Shown here: positions 14,470 to 27,108 of the stretch, piece after piece | Layout of the letters: each line of letters begins with the position of its first letter | Position numbering within the stretch: position 1 is the first letter of the stretch | Made by a program: the position numbers and the translations under genes | Assembly: GCF_009914755.1 (NCBI RefSeq) | Contig: NC_060925.1 | Origin: the human T2T-CHM13v2.0 reference genome, Homo sapiens | DNA length: 64,000 bases | Strand: one strand, 5' to 3' | The notes under the pieces: model-generated | Seen by the model: the letters and a program-made list of their open reading frames with translations, nothing else | The model's database searches: none | Told to the model about the DNA's origin: nothing

Positions 14470-14705
14470 AGCTGGCATTTGCTGAGCATCTCCTCTATGC
14501 CAGTCACTTTGCATTCATGACTTCATGTGATCGTCACACAATCCTAGACCCAGGCATTTATGGCTTCATTTGCCAGATGAGGATGAGGAAATAAGGCTCA
14601 GAGACATTAAATGAAGAGCCCAAGATCACCCAGCCAAAGGGCAGAGCTGTGATTTGGGGCTTTTCTGGCCCCAAAGCTGGTGCTTTCAACCACTGCACTA
14701 TACAG
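14470..14705 (-). mobile_element. MIR
   Basis: cagatgagga...aggctcagaga...cccaagatcacccagc. Confidence 0.7.
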
Positions 14706-16817
14706 CCTCTTTGAATGCTCTTGGCTGGGAGAGGTTAATCAAAGAAAGTTTTCCAGAGTGCTATGGAGCAGGAGAGGGAAGTAAAGAGAGGGGAGGAGAG
14801 GGGGCCCCCTGTGGAAGGCTGATCGGGAGAAGTGGGCAGGGATGTGGAGTAGGGAGTAACCTCTTTTGCTTTCCAGTCAGGGAAACTTGGACAACTGTTC
14901 AGTCAGGCCCCATGTTGCTGGGAGTAGGGGGTAAGGTCTCTAAGAGCTGGAAGCCACCTGTATTGCCAGAGCCTGGGCTAGAGGACTAGGGCCTGGCTCA
15001 GACCTCCTCAGCTGTATGCTTGGGACAGAGCACCCCTCATATTTAGGACTCAACCTTCTCCTGCACCTGGGCTTGGAGGATTCTACCTCTTGACTACTTG
15101 ATATACCAGCTTCCTTGGGAGATGGCTGGGTGTGTATATATATTGGGATGCCTGGGAGTCTTGTTTCCTTTAACATCACCCACAAAATCGGCCACAACTA
15201 CTGACAACTCCTCTGGAGTTAAGATGACCCCCATGGTCCAATGAAGAATTCTGAGACTTGAGGAGACTGAGGTCTACCCTCTGAGTCCTGGCATTGCTTC
15301 TCCAGCTCCAGGATGATGGGCATAGAAAGGCATTGTTATTCCCATTTTACAGATGAGGCAACTGAGGCCCAGAAAGGGAGGAGATCTTAACAAAGAATGG
15401 AGTCCCAGGGCAAGGGATGGTGACTGGGGTGGGGTGGGGACTCAGCAGCATGAGAGACAAGAGGAAGCAGAGTGGGGCTGGGGGTGGAGTATCGTCTGTG
15501 GGCCTGGGTGGCCATGGGTGGAGGTGAGGGGCTCAGCATTCTGGAGGATGTCTAATTATTCATGTCCTCAGCAACAGAGTCCCAGGTGGTCTGATGGTGG
15601 CTATGGAAGAGAGGATTATGGGCTTAGCACCCCAAGGAAACAGATTCTCTTCTGACTACCAGAGGATATGGAGAGGTCATTCTGGCCATTCCCCTGCCTC
15701 CCATGGTCCAGAGGGAAGAGCTGTTGGAGGGGCAGATGGCTACAAGATCTAGCTCCTTTACCTCCTGGCTCCCCATACCCCAGCACCTGTGGGACACGGA
15801 GCCTAAGCTGGGAGGAAGTTCTAGGTTCAGGCCCCATGTGGTCACTGACCTGCTATGCAACCTGGAGCATGCCTGGCCTCCTCTGGGCCTCCCGCTTTAG
15901 AAAATCTCCAGCTCAGACTCTAGCTTCCATGCTACCATATGCCACAGGGACATCCTCCCCTCAGAGCAGAGCTCCTGAGAGGGGGCCAGGGCAGGGAAAA
16001 GCCAGACACTCTGGGTGTCTCTCCACAGTGGTTCTCAGCCTTGCTCTGTGTCCTGGGCTCACCTGCTCCTCTCCCTCCCCGCCTTCCACCTGCCATCCCT
16101 GTCCTACCATCTGTCATCTGTCTGTCTGTCTGTCTGCCTTTGTCTCTGGTCTGGCTGCTTCCTCCCACTCCCCCATGTCCTCTCCTCTCCACAAGGTTGG
16201 TCTCCCTTGGAGGGAGGGGTAGGGCCGTGAGTGTGGTGAGAGCACACGCGAGCTCCCTCCCTCTCCCTTCCCGCCCCTCCTGCCCTCTCCTCCTCCCATA
16301 CTCACATACACGCTCTCTCTCAGTCATTTTCAATGTCATAAATTTCCACGTCTCTCTCCTCCACTCGGCTATTACCTGCGCCTCCGTCACCGGGCCGCGC
16401 TCTCGCTCCCAGATGGGCTAGGCCATCTCCGCTCTGCAAATGACTCAGGGAGAGAGAGGCAGGGAAGGAGGGAGAGAAAGGAGCAGAGATGAAGAGAGAT
16501 TGAGAGAGATTGAGAGAGAAAGCAAGCGAGCAGAAAGAGACAGAAGCAGAGAGGGAGAGAGGCAGCCCGGGGTAGGGCTCAGCCCCTCATCCTCCTCCAA
16601 ATGCAGAGGTCACTGCCAACAGGGAGCCTGCCTGCCCTGGGCTGCAGGCAACAGGGTAGGATTGGGAGCTGGTGCTGAGCCTGGGGTGGAGTCAGGTCAC
16701 CCAGGTCTGCCTGCACCCATTATGGGACTCTGTCCTTCCCCTCCACTCACATTTCCTGTGCACCACCCTTGTGCCAGCCCTGTGCTGGTATTTTCTCATT
16801 TCAGGAGGCCGGCCCTC

Positions 16818-16955
16818 TGCTCTGCAGTGCAATAGGACCCCGTGGGGACACTGCTGTGCAGTGCAATAGGACCCCTTGGGGACACTGCTGTTCAGTGCAA
16901 TAGGACCCCGAGGCGACACTGCTGTGCAGTGCAATAGGACCCTGTGGGGACACTG
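16818..16955. repeat. 34-bp tandem repeat, 4 copies
   Basis: CAGTGCAATAGGACCC starts at 16825, 16859, 16893 and 16927. Confidence 0.97.
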
Positions 16956-17492
16956 TCAGGTGTGTTCAGAGTTCCTACAGCTGGGGGTGGGGCTGCCCTG
17001 GGAGCTGTGCCTCTTTCTCCAGAAAAGGACTCTGGGCACAAGGGACTCTCTGCTCAGACCAGGGCTTCTCACCACCAGGTTGAAGCTCCCTTCTTCTCTC
17101 CTATCTTCATAGGAACTCCTAGCTTTTGCAGGACTGGTTCTTTGGATGAGAGCAGAGCAGAGCAGAGCTGGGAAGATCCAGGTGGTCTGGGGAGAGAGCA
17201 TTTCCAGGTAACCCCATGCGACAGAGAGTGGAGCTGAGGAAGGGTCACTCTCCCAGGCAGGAGTAAAGTAGCAGGACTGGGAGAATGTGGACAGGGAACC
17301 CCAGGCCTCCGAGATGCGTCTGGGAAGCACCAGCTGGTGGTATTAGTGATGGCTGTGATATATGCACACTGCTGCTATTGCTGGGAGGGTATGAACCCTA
17401 GGCCTGGTGTGGATACCAGAACTTCCAGAAAGGTTTACCAGCTTCTGTTATCCATACCTCCAAGTGTTCCTCCACCTAACAGAGTGATCTTC

Positions 17493-17620
17493 CTGAGGCA
17501 GGAAGATCGGCTTGAGCCCAGGAGTTCCAGGCTGCGGTGAACTATGATTGCACCTGTGAATAGCCACTGCACTCCAGCCTGGGTGACAGAGCAAGACCCC
17601 ATCTCTAAATAAATAAATGA
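17493..17620 (+). mobile_element. FAM (fossil Alu monomer), 5' truncated
   Basis: Retains the 7SL-derived gtgaatagccactgcactccagcctggg segment absent from dimeric Alus. Confidence 0.8.
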
Positions 17621-17624
17621 AAGC

Positions 17625-18095
17625 AAAACGATGCAAATATGATCATGACACTCTCCTGCTTAACCCCTCCGGTGGCTCTACCTCCCATGGTGAACAAAAC
17701 CGAAGCCCCTGCTGGCCCCAGCCTCTCCTCCTGTTTCTCCATGGACCTCTGTCTCCTGACAAGACCAAGAATACCTCCAGTGTCTCCGCTCTTTCTGTTC
17801 CCCTTTTCCCACAGAGCTGGCTCCTCATTCCTCAGCTCAAATGTCACTGCACAGAGGAGCCGACCCTGATCAAATGCCAGGTCATTCCATGAATCTCTAT
17901 CATGGTCTTCTGAACACCTGTTTTGTGGCCCTTTTTGCACACTGTCATTGTGTTTCCTCATCTGTGTACTTGCTCAGTGTCAGACTCCTCTGATGGGCTG
18001 TACCTCCATGAGGTCAGGAGCTGTGTTTGTTCTGCTCACCAGAGATGGCACCTGCCATGTTATGAGCCTTCAAGGAGTGTCTGTTGACTGAATGA
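17625..18095 (+). mobile_element. L2 3' end
   Basis: gatcatgacactctcctgcttaa... ending in gactgaatga. Confidence 0.75.
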
Positions 18096-21000
18096 TGATG
18101 TTGATGTAGGTGCATCCTCTGACCTTGGTTTGGATGGGGACTGATGTTGGGATGGATGTTGAGGTTGGACTGGTGGTCTCAGGGTTGCTGTCCATCTGGG
18201 AAATTTGATAAAATTCCAGTGTGATAGGATCTATTCCAACAGGGAAAGGCATCTTGCCCTGATGTTGGGAATTTAGCCTATGACCAGGGTCAGGCCTCAT
18301 AAAAGAGAGTTTTTCTTAACTAACGGCCACACTCTGGAGTCCCTTCATCTGTGGGTAAACATACAGACACAAACTCACACACACAGACACACATGTGTGC
18401 TCACCACAGGCATCTCCATGCACAGAGTGGCCTCAGGCAAGCCACACTCACACACATACAGTCCTCAGAGATGCTGTACACACACCTAGGCACACAAAGT
18501 GACAAACCCAGTTATGTACATTCCTGCACATGCCAGACACAACCCCACAGGTGTATTTGTGAGCAGATGTACACATACATGTACACATACCTGCAAGCAT
18601 GTACGTATGTGTGCAGACACAGTCAAAAACCCAACATAAACACTTAGAATGACATCAATGGAGAAGACACCTGTTCACCTGCTTGTTTGCTGGGGCGTCC
18701 ACACCATGGAGTAACAGACTGGGCTTGGACCTCCCCTCTGGCAGTGGGGTGCATTACACTGAGGGGTCCATGTTCTCCAGCCTCCCCTCTACAACCACCC
18801 ACCCCCACCCCTGACCCCCCTCGTCTACCCGTGCCCTCATGGTCTTGTGAGAGACTCAAGCTTCTGCAGACTCACTCTGTGGCCAGAGGCAGGGCTCGGC
18901 TGGAACTGGGGTCAGGGCTTGGTCTGTGGACAAGGCCAACGTTCACTGGGTGGCTGGGGTCAGGCTCATCTGGGACCAAGGTCAAAGGTGAGTTGGGGCT
19001 AAGGTTTTCTTGCTTTCTGTGTCTCTGCTTACAGGTGTACCCACCCCAGTGTGTGCCACCCTCAGGAGCCCCTGGCAGGACCAAGACTCAGGGTCCTCAT
19101 TGTGGGCCTCTGCAGCTTGTGGAAGGTGAAGGGGGGCAGGTGGGGGGCCAGGCCTGGGCAGATAGCTGTGAGGTACGTTTCCATCTCTGCGGGTCGGGCG
19201 GGCGAAGCCATTTCCAATCTGCTCTCTATCATTTTCAATATCATTAATCCCAGACACTCTATTTTCCATGCCTGCGCAGCCAGGCCCCCGAGTGTGCGCC
19301 GTGTAAAGTGACACATATTCATCACCAGCTCGTGGCGCCGGCGCCGACGCTGATACAATATTAGTGTTGCCCCCCCTTTCGGAGCCCGCTCCGCCCGGCT
19401 CCCCGATGGCACGAATCCATCACCTGGAGCCCGTGTCACTTTCCCCAGCAGCCACATTTGTTTGGGCACTTAGGAGGTAATTGTGGCACATTAGCCGGGG
19501 CGGGGAAGGGCGCTGGGCCCCGGGGAGGAGGGGGAGGCCAAGGCGTCTTCTTCTATAGCCACAACCCATCCTGGCCTGGTCCAGCCCCTGGGTTCTGGAT
19601 TCTTGCTCATTCTTGAGGGAGAGGATCTTGGGAAGGAACCCATGTGGAAGAGGTCAACTCGGGCCTCATCAGGAAGTCTCAGGTGGTTCCCCAGCTCTCC
19701 TGTAAGCCCCAACATTGGGAGTTGCTCCACAAAGGCGCTGGCTTGGAGTTGATGGATTTAAAACCTTTTCTTGCCAACCAGTCCGCATCCCAGCACTGAA
19801 ACTCAGGATGTGGCAACACCAGCTCTGCTGGCCCCCTTCCAAGTTCCATATGGGAGCGAGGAGTAGAGGGAAGCAGGAGGGAAGACACCCCAGCCCTTGG
19901 GAGCCCAACTCAGGGAAAATCTGGCCCTGCCCTAGAAGCCTGGGCTGAGACAGGAGGCCCCTCCTCTGAGAGGGGGTGACATGGCCCACCCCTCAGGAAT
20001 CCTATCTGCATTCAGGTGGAGGGGACATCACCCAGCCTGACTAATTGAGGTGGCCCAGGTCAGGGTGCTTTTGGGAAGGCTGCCTGGAGGTGGTGAGCTA
20101 GACACAGGGACAACCTCTGGATACACAGAGGCCCAGAGTGGCTGCAGAGTAGAGAGGAGCAGCAGCCGGGGTCATTGATCTGAGCAGAGGCCAGACTGTG
20201 CAGGGGCATGGGTTCTCCCTCTCTAGTCCGCAGGGCTAACACCCATTAACCTCGTCAGCAGACAAATTGCCCGTCTTGTCAAATTCGCATTTAAAATGCA
20301 AACTCGATTTGACAGAGTAAACGGAGCAAAGGTGGGAGTGGATAATCCAGTGGAGGCTCATTAGCGAGGCCCAATGAGAGGGCTCTGCTGGGATGGCCTA
20401 ACGGACCTGTCATGATGAACCTCTCAGCCTCTTAGCATCCCACCACCCGCTCAATACCCTGACTCATCTGCCCTACTGCCCAACCCCTCACGGAGTCTGG
20501 GGACCCCAGCTGCCTACCACCACCTCTGGGAAGGGGCATCTGAGGGCTTTGGAAGCAGACAGAGCTGGGAACCAGGCCCTGCTTCTCTGCCTGTCCACTC
20601 AGTGGCCTTGGGTAGTGACAACAGCAACCATTCCCCCAGAGATCCCACTGGATCACAGTGTTTCTATTCTCCTACAAGGCCCACGCTGTAGGGGTCCTGT
20701 GAGTTGGCATGATTAACTCACGAATGAGAAACTTGGGGCTCAGGGAGGTTGCCTGGCTAGAAAGAGGCAGGTGGAGTGCGGAATTGAACCCCAATCCATC
20801 AGACTCCAACAGTCACACTTGTAACCACTGTACTACTCTGCCTTCCTAGATTGTAAATGATTGTCTTCCTTTCTGCCTCCCTGGTTTCAGTGCTGTCACC
20901 AGCTGTGTGGGTCTAGAAAAAGTGACTTCCCTTTGAACTTTGTTTATTTCATCTGTAAAAAATGGGTGAACAACAGTTGCCCAGGGCAAGGGTTAGGGTA

Positions 21001-24000
21001 AGGAGAATTTTAGTAAGTATTTGGCTTAATGAATACTCATAACCACCCCTGCAATATCTGCAGACAACTTAGCCTGGGGGGTGGGGGTAGGAAGGGATGG
21101 GGCTGAAGGGGAGAGAAAGATGCCAGATTTTCCCAGGAAGCAGCTCATGAACAGACCACAGGCCCTTCCTGGTGCTTGGGACCTGGACACCTCTAGACTG
21201 GCACCTTCCCCTGCCTTCTCAGCTCCATGCCTGGACACCTCTAATAGGAAAGAAGCTCATGGCCACTCTCAGGGCCTGGAGTGGGGCTGATGGGTCTCCC
21301 AACTCTGGGAAGGGGTGTCTTGGGCAGGTGAGGGTCCCGCTCCCAGGCCACTCCTTCCCATCCCGTACTGCAGCCAGGCTCTTGCTGCCTGTTCTTAGTA
21401 GTTGGAATAATAGATGATTATGAGGCTCTGGAGGGCAGCTGCTGAGAGGTAATGGGCTGTTGCCCTACCTTACCTTTCCCTAGGTGCCCCCAGCTCTGCT
21501 CCCTCACAGGTGCACGTTGATGCCCCCATCCCCCAGGCTCAGGCTGCACCTGTCCCTGCTGCCACACAGGGTGTTGTGCTGCTTGGCTGCCTGGGAGCTG
21601 GTGCTGGGTGTTCTCTCGGGGTCCCATTGCCGTTGCTGACATCACAGCAAGAGCCTCACCCCAGCCTCTGCCTGCCTCAGAGGACGGCTTGCCAGACAAC
21701 CAGAGGGAGCTGGAGAGTGCCACCCACTCCTTTGCCCTTCCTCCTTTGCAGCCCACCCCAGCCAGGCTTCACAGGCACCAGACCAACTGCTCTGAATCCC
21801 ACCATGACTCCTCAGCATCCCCAGGGGAGAGCCAAATCCCTCAGCTGGCATTCAAGGCCCTACACAATCTGGCCTCAGTTTGCCTTCTGGTTTCTCTCCT
21901 GGCACACTCTCCTGAGCTCCACTCTGTCTGCCTTTGCCAAGCTGTGGGTTACCCTTGTATCCTTGCCTAGCACCCCCTCTAGATTCAGCATCGGCCTGAG
22001 AGGTGGGGAGCCTCTTCCTCTTCAGCCCCCTCTGCCCCGTCCTCACCTGGTCCTAGCAGGGAGCTGGTAGGGATCCTTCTGGGACCCTGGTCCCTGGCTG
22101 GGGGTGGGGGTGAGCCACAGAGGAGGAAAGGCTGAAGGGTGGGTGGTGCCTCAGCCTTCCTCCAGTTGTCTGGCAAGCCATCCTCTGAAGCTGGCCTAAT
22201 TCCCTTCAGAGCCCGGCTCCCATCTTCAGGGTGGGGCTTAGGGAGCTGAGAGCCCAGCGCTAATGCCTAAGAAAGTCGTGGGTGGATTAGAAATCGAGGG
22301 GGATTAGGGCCAGAGCTGGTGGCTGATGCAGGAGCGGAGCCCCTCCCTCTGAGGAAGAGGAGGCTAATCCTGCTTAGCGACTGAGGAGCTGTCATGCTGA
22401 CGGGGGCTTCTTCCCATCCACTTGGGCTGCCCAGGCCCAACAGGAGCAGCATGAACACCCATCCACTCCCTCTGTCCTCCAAACTTTTTGTCTCGTGTCC
22501 CTCCAAGCCATCCTGCTCTGCCTTGTCCTCCACAGAGCCCCAGCCCTCCACATAACCTCAAAACTTCTCATGCTGCTGTGCCCACCAAAACTGCCCCATC
22601 TAGCCATGTCCACCAACATTCATTACCACCTACATCTCCATGAACCGAGCCATCGCTAGGGCCCATTCATCCCTCTGCCCAGAAAGTCTGCAGTGGATGC
22701 TGTGGTGCTGCCCAGATTGCCCTTGAGGGCCGAGACATTCCTGCAGTGCTGGGAGTGTTGGCCGCTGTGGCCTCATGGTTGAGTTCCTTCCCGGGGAAGT
22801 GTCCTCAGCTGCCTCTCCCAAGGTTATGTCCCCTTGTTGGGGGCAGTCCACAGGCGACTGGTCAATGCGGGAGTCTGGCCTCCCCACTTCAATCTGGGAC
22901 ATCTCTGAAAGGCCATCCCAGCAGCAGAATGGGATGTGAGACTGGCCAAGGCCACTGTTGCAAGGGCAGCCCAGTTCAACCTCTCCCTCTGGCTGTTGCG
23001 GTGTCCCTACTGCCTCACCAGGCCATTGTTCCCCAGAGCATTCCAAAGACCCCACTGCACACTCCCTTCCTGATCTCTGCAAGAAATCTCACCTTTCACT
23101 TTCTTAAGTCCCAGGTTCGAGGATGGAAGATTAGATTGATCAGGGAAGGGTCTGGATTAGGAACTTCTGACCTGGATATTGAGTGAGGACCAGCAGTCCC
23201 TTCCCTGGGGATTAATCCTCCTCAGGGCTCCTTTAGTTTTAGTGGTGTAGGTAGCAGCCCCATGGGCTGAGAAGGGAGAGAGGTGCTGCCTTGGAAAGCC
23301 AGTCTGGGATCCTGGCCTCAAGGGGGAGGCAGATTCTGTCTGGGGAGCTGATTAAGGAATGGGAGCTTCATCTGAGAGTGGAAACAAATCGTGCCTCCCT
23401 TCAACTCCCCATGAGTCTGGCTTGAGAGGAGAGGCAGAAGTCTGACTTGGGACCCTGCTCTGAGCAGGGAGGAAGGACTCTATAATGAGAGCTGAGTCTG
23501 AGGGTGCAGGCTGGCCTCTAGACCAAGAGAAGAGGCCGGTGCCAACCCAAACTGCCTGCTCTACTGGGTCCCTGGCCCCACCATCAGCTGGGTCTTCGCT
23601 TGCCAGCCTTGGCTGGCTCTTCAAGCAGGCAGCCAGTGTGATGCCTGCACTGGGGGAATGGGTCTATGTGTTAATAATGGGAGGGCATTGGAGAATAACT
23701 AGAGAGGGCGTTGGAGAATAGCTGGCTCCTTGGTGCCATCAGGGTTGAAGCTCTGTGGGGATGGAGACCTTCCTGCATGCAGGGCCTCTGAAAAATGCTG
23801 GTCCCAGGGTAACTTGAGAGCAGGGGCAGGGAAGGGGATGGATTGACCTTTGAGAGTCAGTTTGGGATGTGGGGTCAGTGGAGGGGGACCACTCCCACTC
23901 TGTTCCCTACCTTTGATGGACAAATGCTAATGACATTACCAGCGATTGACTAGAAACGAATAAATAATTCAGTCTGGCCTGAAAATGGGAGAAAAGTACT

Positions 24001-25729
24001 TAAATGCTATTGACAAGCCAGTCCCTGGTCTCATTACCCATGCAGACTCAGGCCTCCACATCGACCATGTCCCCCGATTCCTCCAAACCCCACTGTGGGC
24101 AGCCTCAGGCTTCCCTCCCACCAACCTGCCCCAAGTAGCGTGTGCGGAGGGTTACCTGAGGAGACCAGGTGGAGGGCTGAGGCTTGTGGCTCAGACCACA
24201 GGGACCCCACTGCCCAAAGGACAGCAGTCCCCCAAGTTCTTCCCCTTTTCCCAGATACTGGCAGCAGCGTCTCTTCACAGGCAGGGCGGTCCTGGGAAGT
24301 CCCTCTGTAGCCCCGCTCCAGGTGTACATGCACAGGGGTACAGGCGGGCACTCACAGGGACACACAGAGCCCGCCCCACAGCTGCGGCATCCTCTTCCAG
24401 GACACAAGAAGAACAGTGACCCCCAGGGCGGCTGTCAGTCACTGTGCTCTCTGGGAATACAAACTCATTAAACGTTTCCCTGCCTTGTCCCAGGGGCCCT
24501 AGTCCCCGAGTCAAGCCTGAGGAGAAGGAGGAGGAGGAGGAGGAAACAAATGTGCAGCTGATCCTTTCAAAGCACATCCTGTATTTCTGACCCTGGAGAA
24601 GAGATGAGGGGATTACTGAGGGTGAGGATTACCCCTGGAAGGCCCTCTCTGTGGGTTCCTGGGGAGCTAGCATTTCTAGCCCCTATAACACACCCACAAC
24701 TCCTCCAAACAACAACTCTACAAAACAAAACCTTCCATTTTCTTTAAGAGTCTCCCTCTCTCTCTTCCTTAGCTGCCTGGGCTTGACACCCCTTCAGGGT
24801 GCCTCCTCTGGTGTTAACAATCGGAAGCCAACAACACCTGCTGGTCAGAGATAGGGGAGCCTCAGAGACCCTTTAGCCCAAGGGATGGGTCACAAACAAG
24901 GACTCAGTGGAGGGGAATTTGAGAGAGCAGGCTGTGGCCTTGGACCCGGGCACTGCATGATGCTCCAGTGGATATGAAGGGGTCTATTCCAGCCCAGCCC
25001 AGGAAATCATTCTAAAAGGGACCCTATCTCTTTGCAAACCAAATAACCTTCTCTCTGGGTGTGGGCAGAGGCCCTGGCAGCCCCCCAGTGCCTATCACTG
25101 GTAGACCTATCTCCTCCCTCCCTTTGGAGACCAGACCCTTCACCTTGCAGTCTGTAGGGTTTGGGCTGGGGTTGCCAGTCCCTGCCTCCCTCCTGGTCTC
25201 CTCCCTACTGCCTGCCAGAACTCTGCCCCAACTAGGCTTGGCCTCAGAATATACCTGGACCAGCCCCTCCCTTTCACTGTCCCTGCCCCACAGAAGTCCA
25301 AGGGCTCCTCAGCTCTCCATGCACAGCACCCCCCACCTCTGGAGTGGGCTGAAAAACTCTGCTGTCCTGCTCATCATCCAGAAGGCCCTTCTTGTTCTGC
25401 ATTTCCTCCCACCGTTGTGTCCCACGGGGAGTCATTTATCTGATCGACTGGCTCTCCTCAGTGCAAACATTCACAGGAGCATTAACAAGCCTAAAACCCA
25501 ATTAGCCTTCAATTACTCAGGCCTTAGTCAGATTTTCTGTGGTGGGGACAGGGTTGAGGAATGTATTTGGACACTGCCTGGGTGGTACTCCTGCCCTTTG
25601 GCCAACGCCCCCACCCATGCACTAGCACTCCTGTTGCAGCCAGCCTGCTCTCCTCTGCGCTCCCTCCTGCCCTATACCACCTTCTTTCCTTCTTATTCTT
25701 CTCTCCTGACCCCTTTCCTACACCTCTCT

Positions 25730-26800
<1,071 letters not shown>

Positions 26801-26801
26801 T

Positions 26802-27108
26802 GGCCAGGTGCAGTTTCTCATACCTGCCATCCCAGCACTTTGGGAGGCCGCAGTGGGTGGATCACTTGAACTCAGGAGTTCAAGACCAGCCTGGGCAACA
26901 TGGTGAAACCCCCGTCTCTACAAAAAATACAAAAATTAGTTGGGCATGATGGCTTACGCCTGTAGTACCACCTACTTGGGAGGCTGAGGTGGGAGGCTGG
27001 GAGGATTGCTTCAGCCAAAGATTGAGGTTGCAGTGAGCCATGATTTTGTCACTGCACTCCAGCCTGGACAATGAAGTGAGATGCTATCTCAAAAAAAAAA
27101 AAAAAAAA
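26802..27108 (+). mobile_element. AluJ-like
   Basis: Dimer with poly(A) tail. Confidence 0.93.

Noticed and set aside
16886-16905. Iron-responsive-element-like CTGTT-CAGTGC-AATAG hairpin in repeat unit 3
   Set aside because: The required bulged C is a G, there is no good lower stem, and no evidence it lies in an mRNA UTR
16818-16955. CRISPR-like look of the 34-bp palindromic repeat
   Set aside because: Units are contiguous with no unique spacers; eukaryotic context; no cas genes
17493-17620. 7SL RNA gene
   Set aside because: Lacks most of the S domain, is diverged and has an A-rich tail: a FAM retroposon
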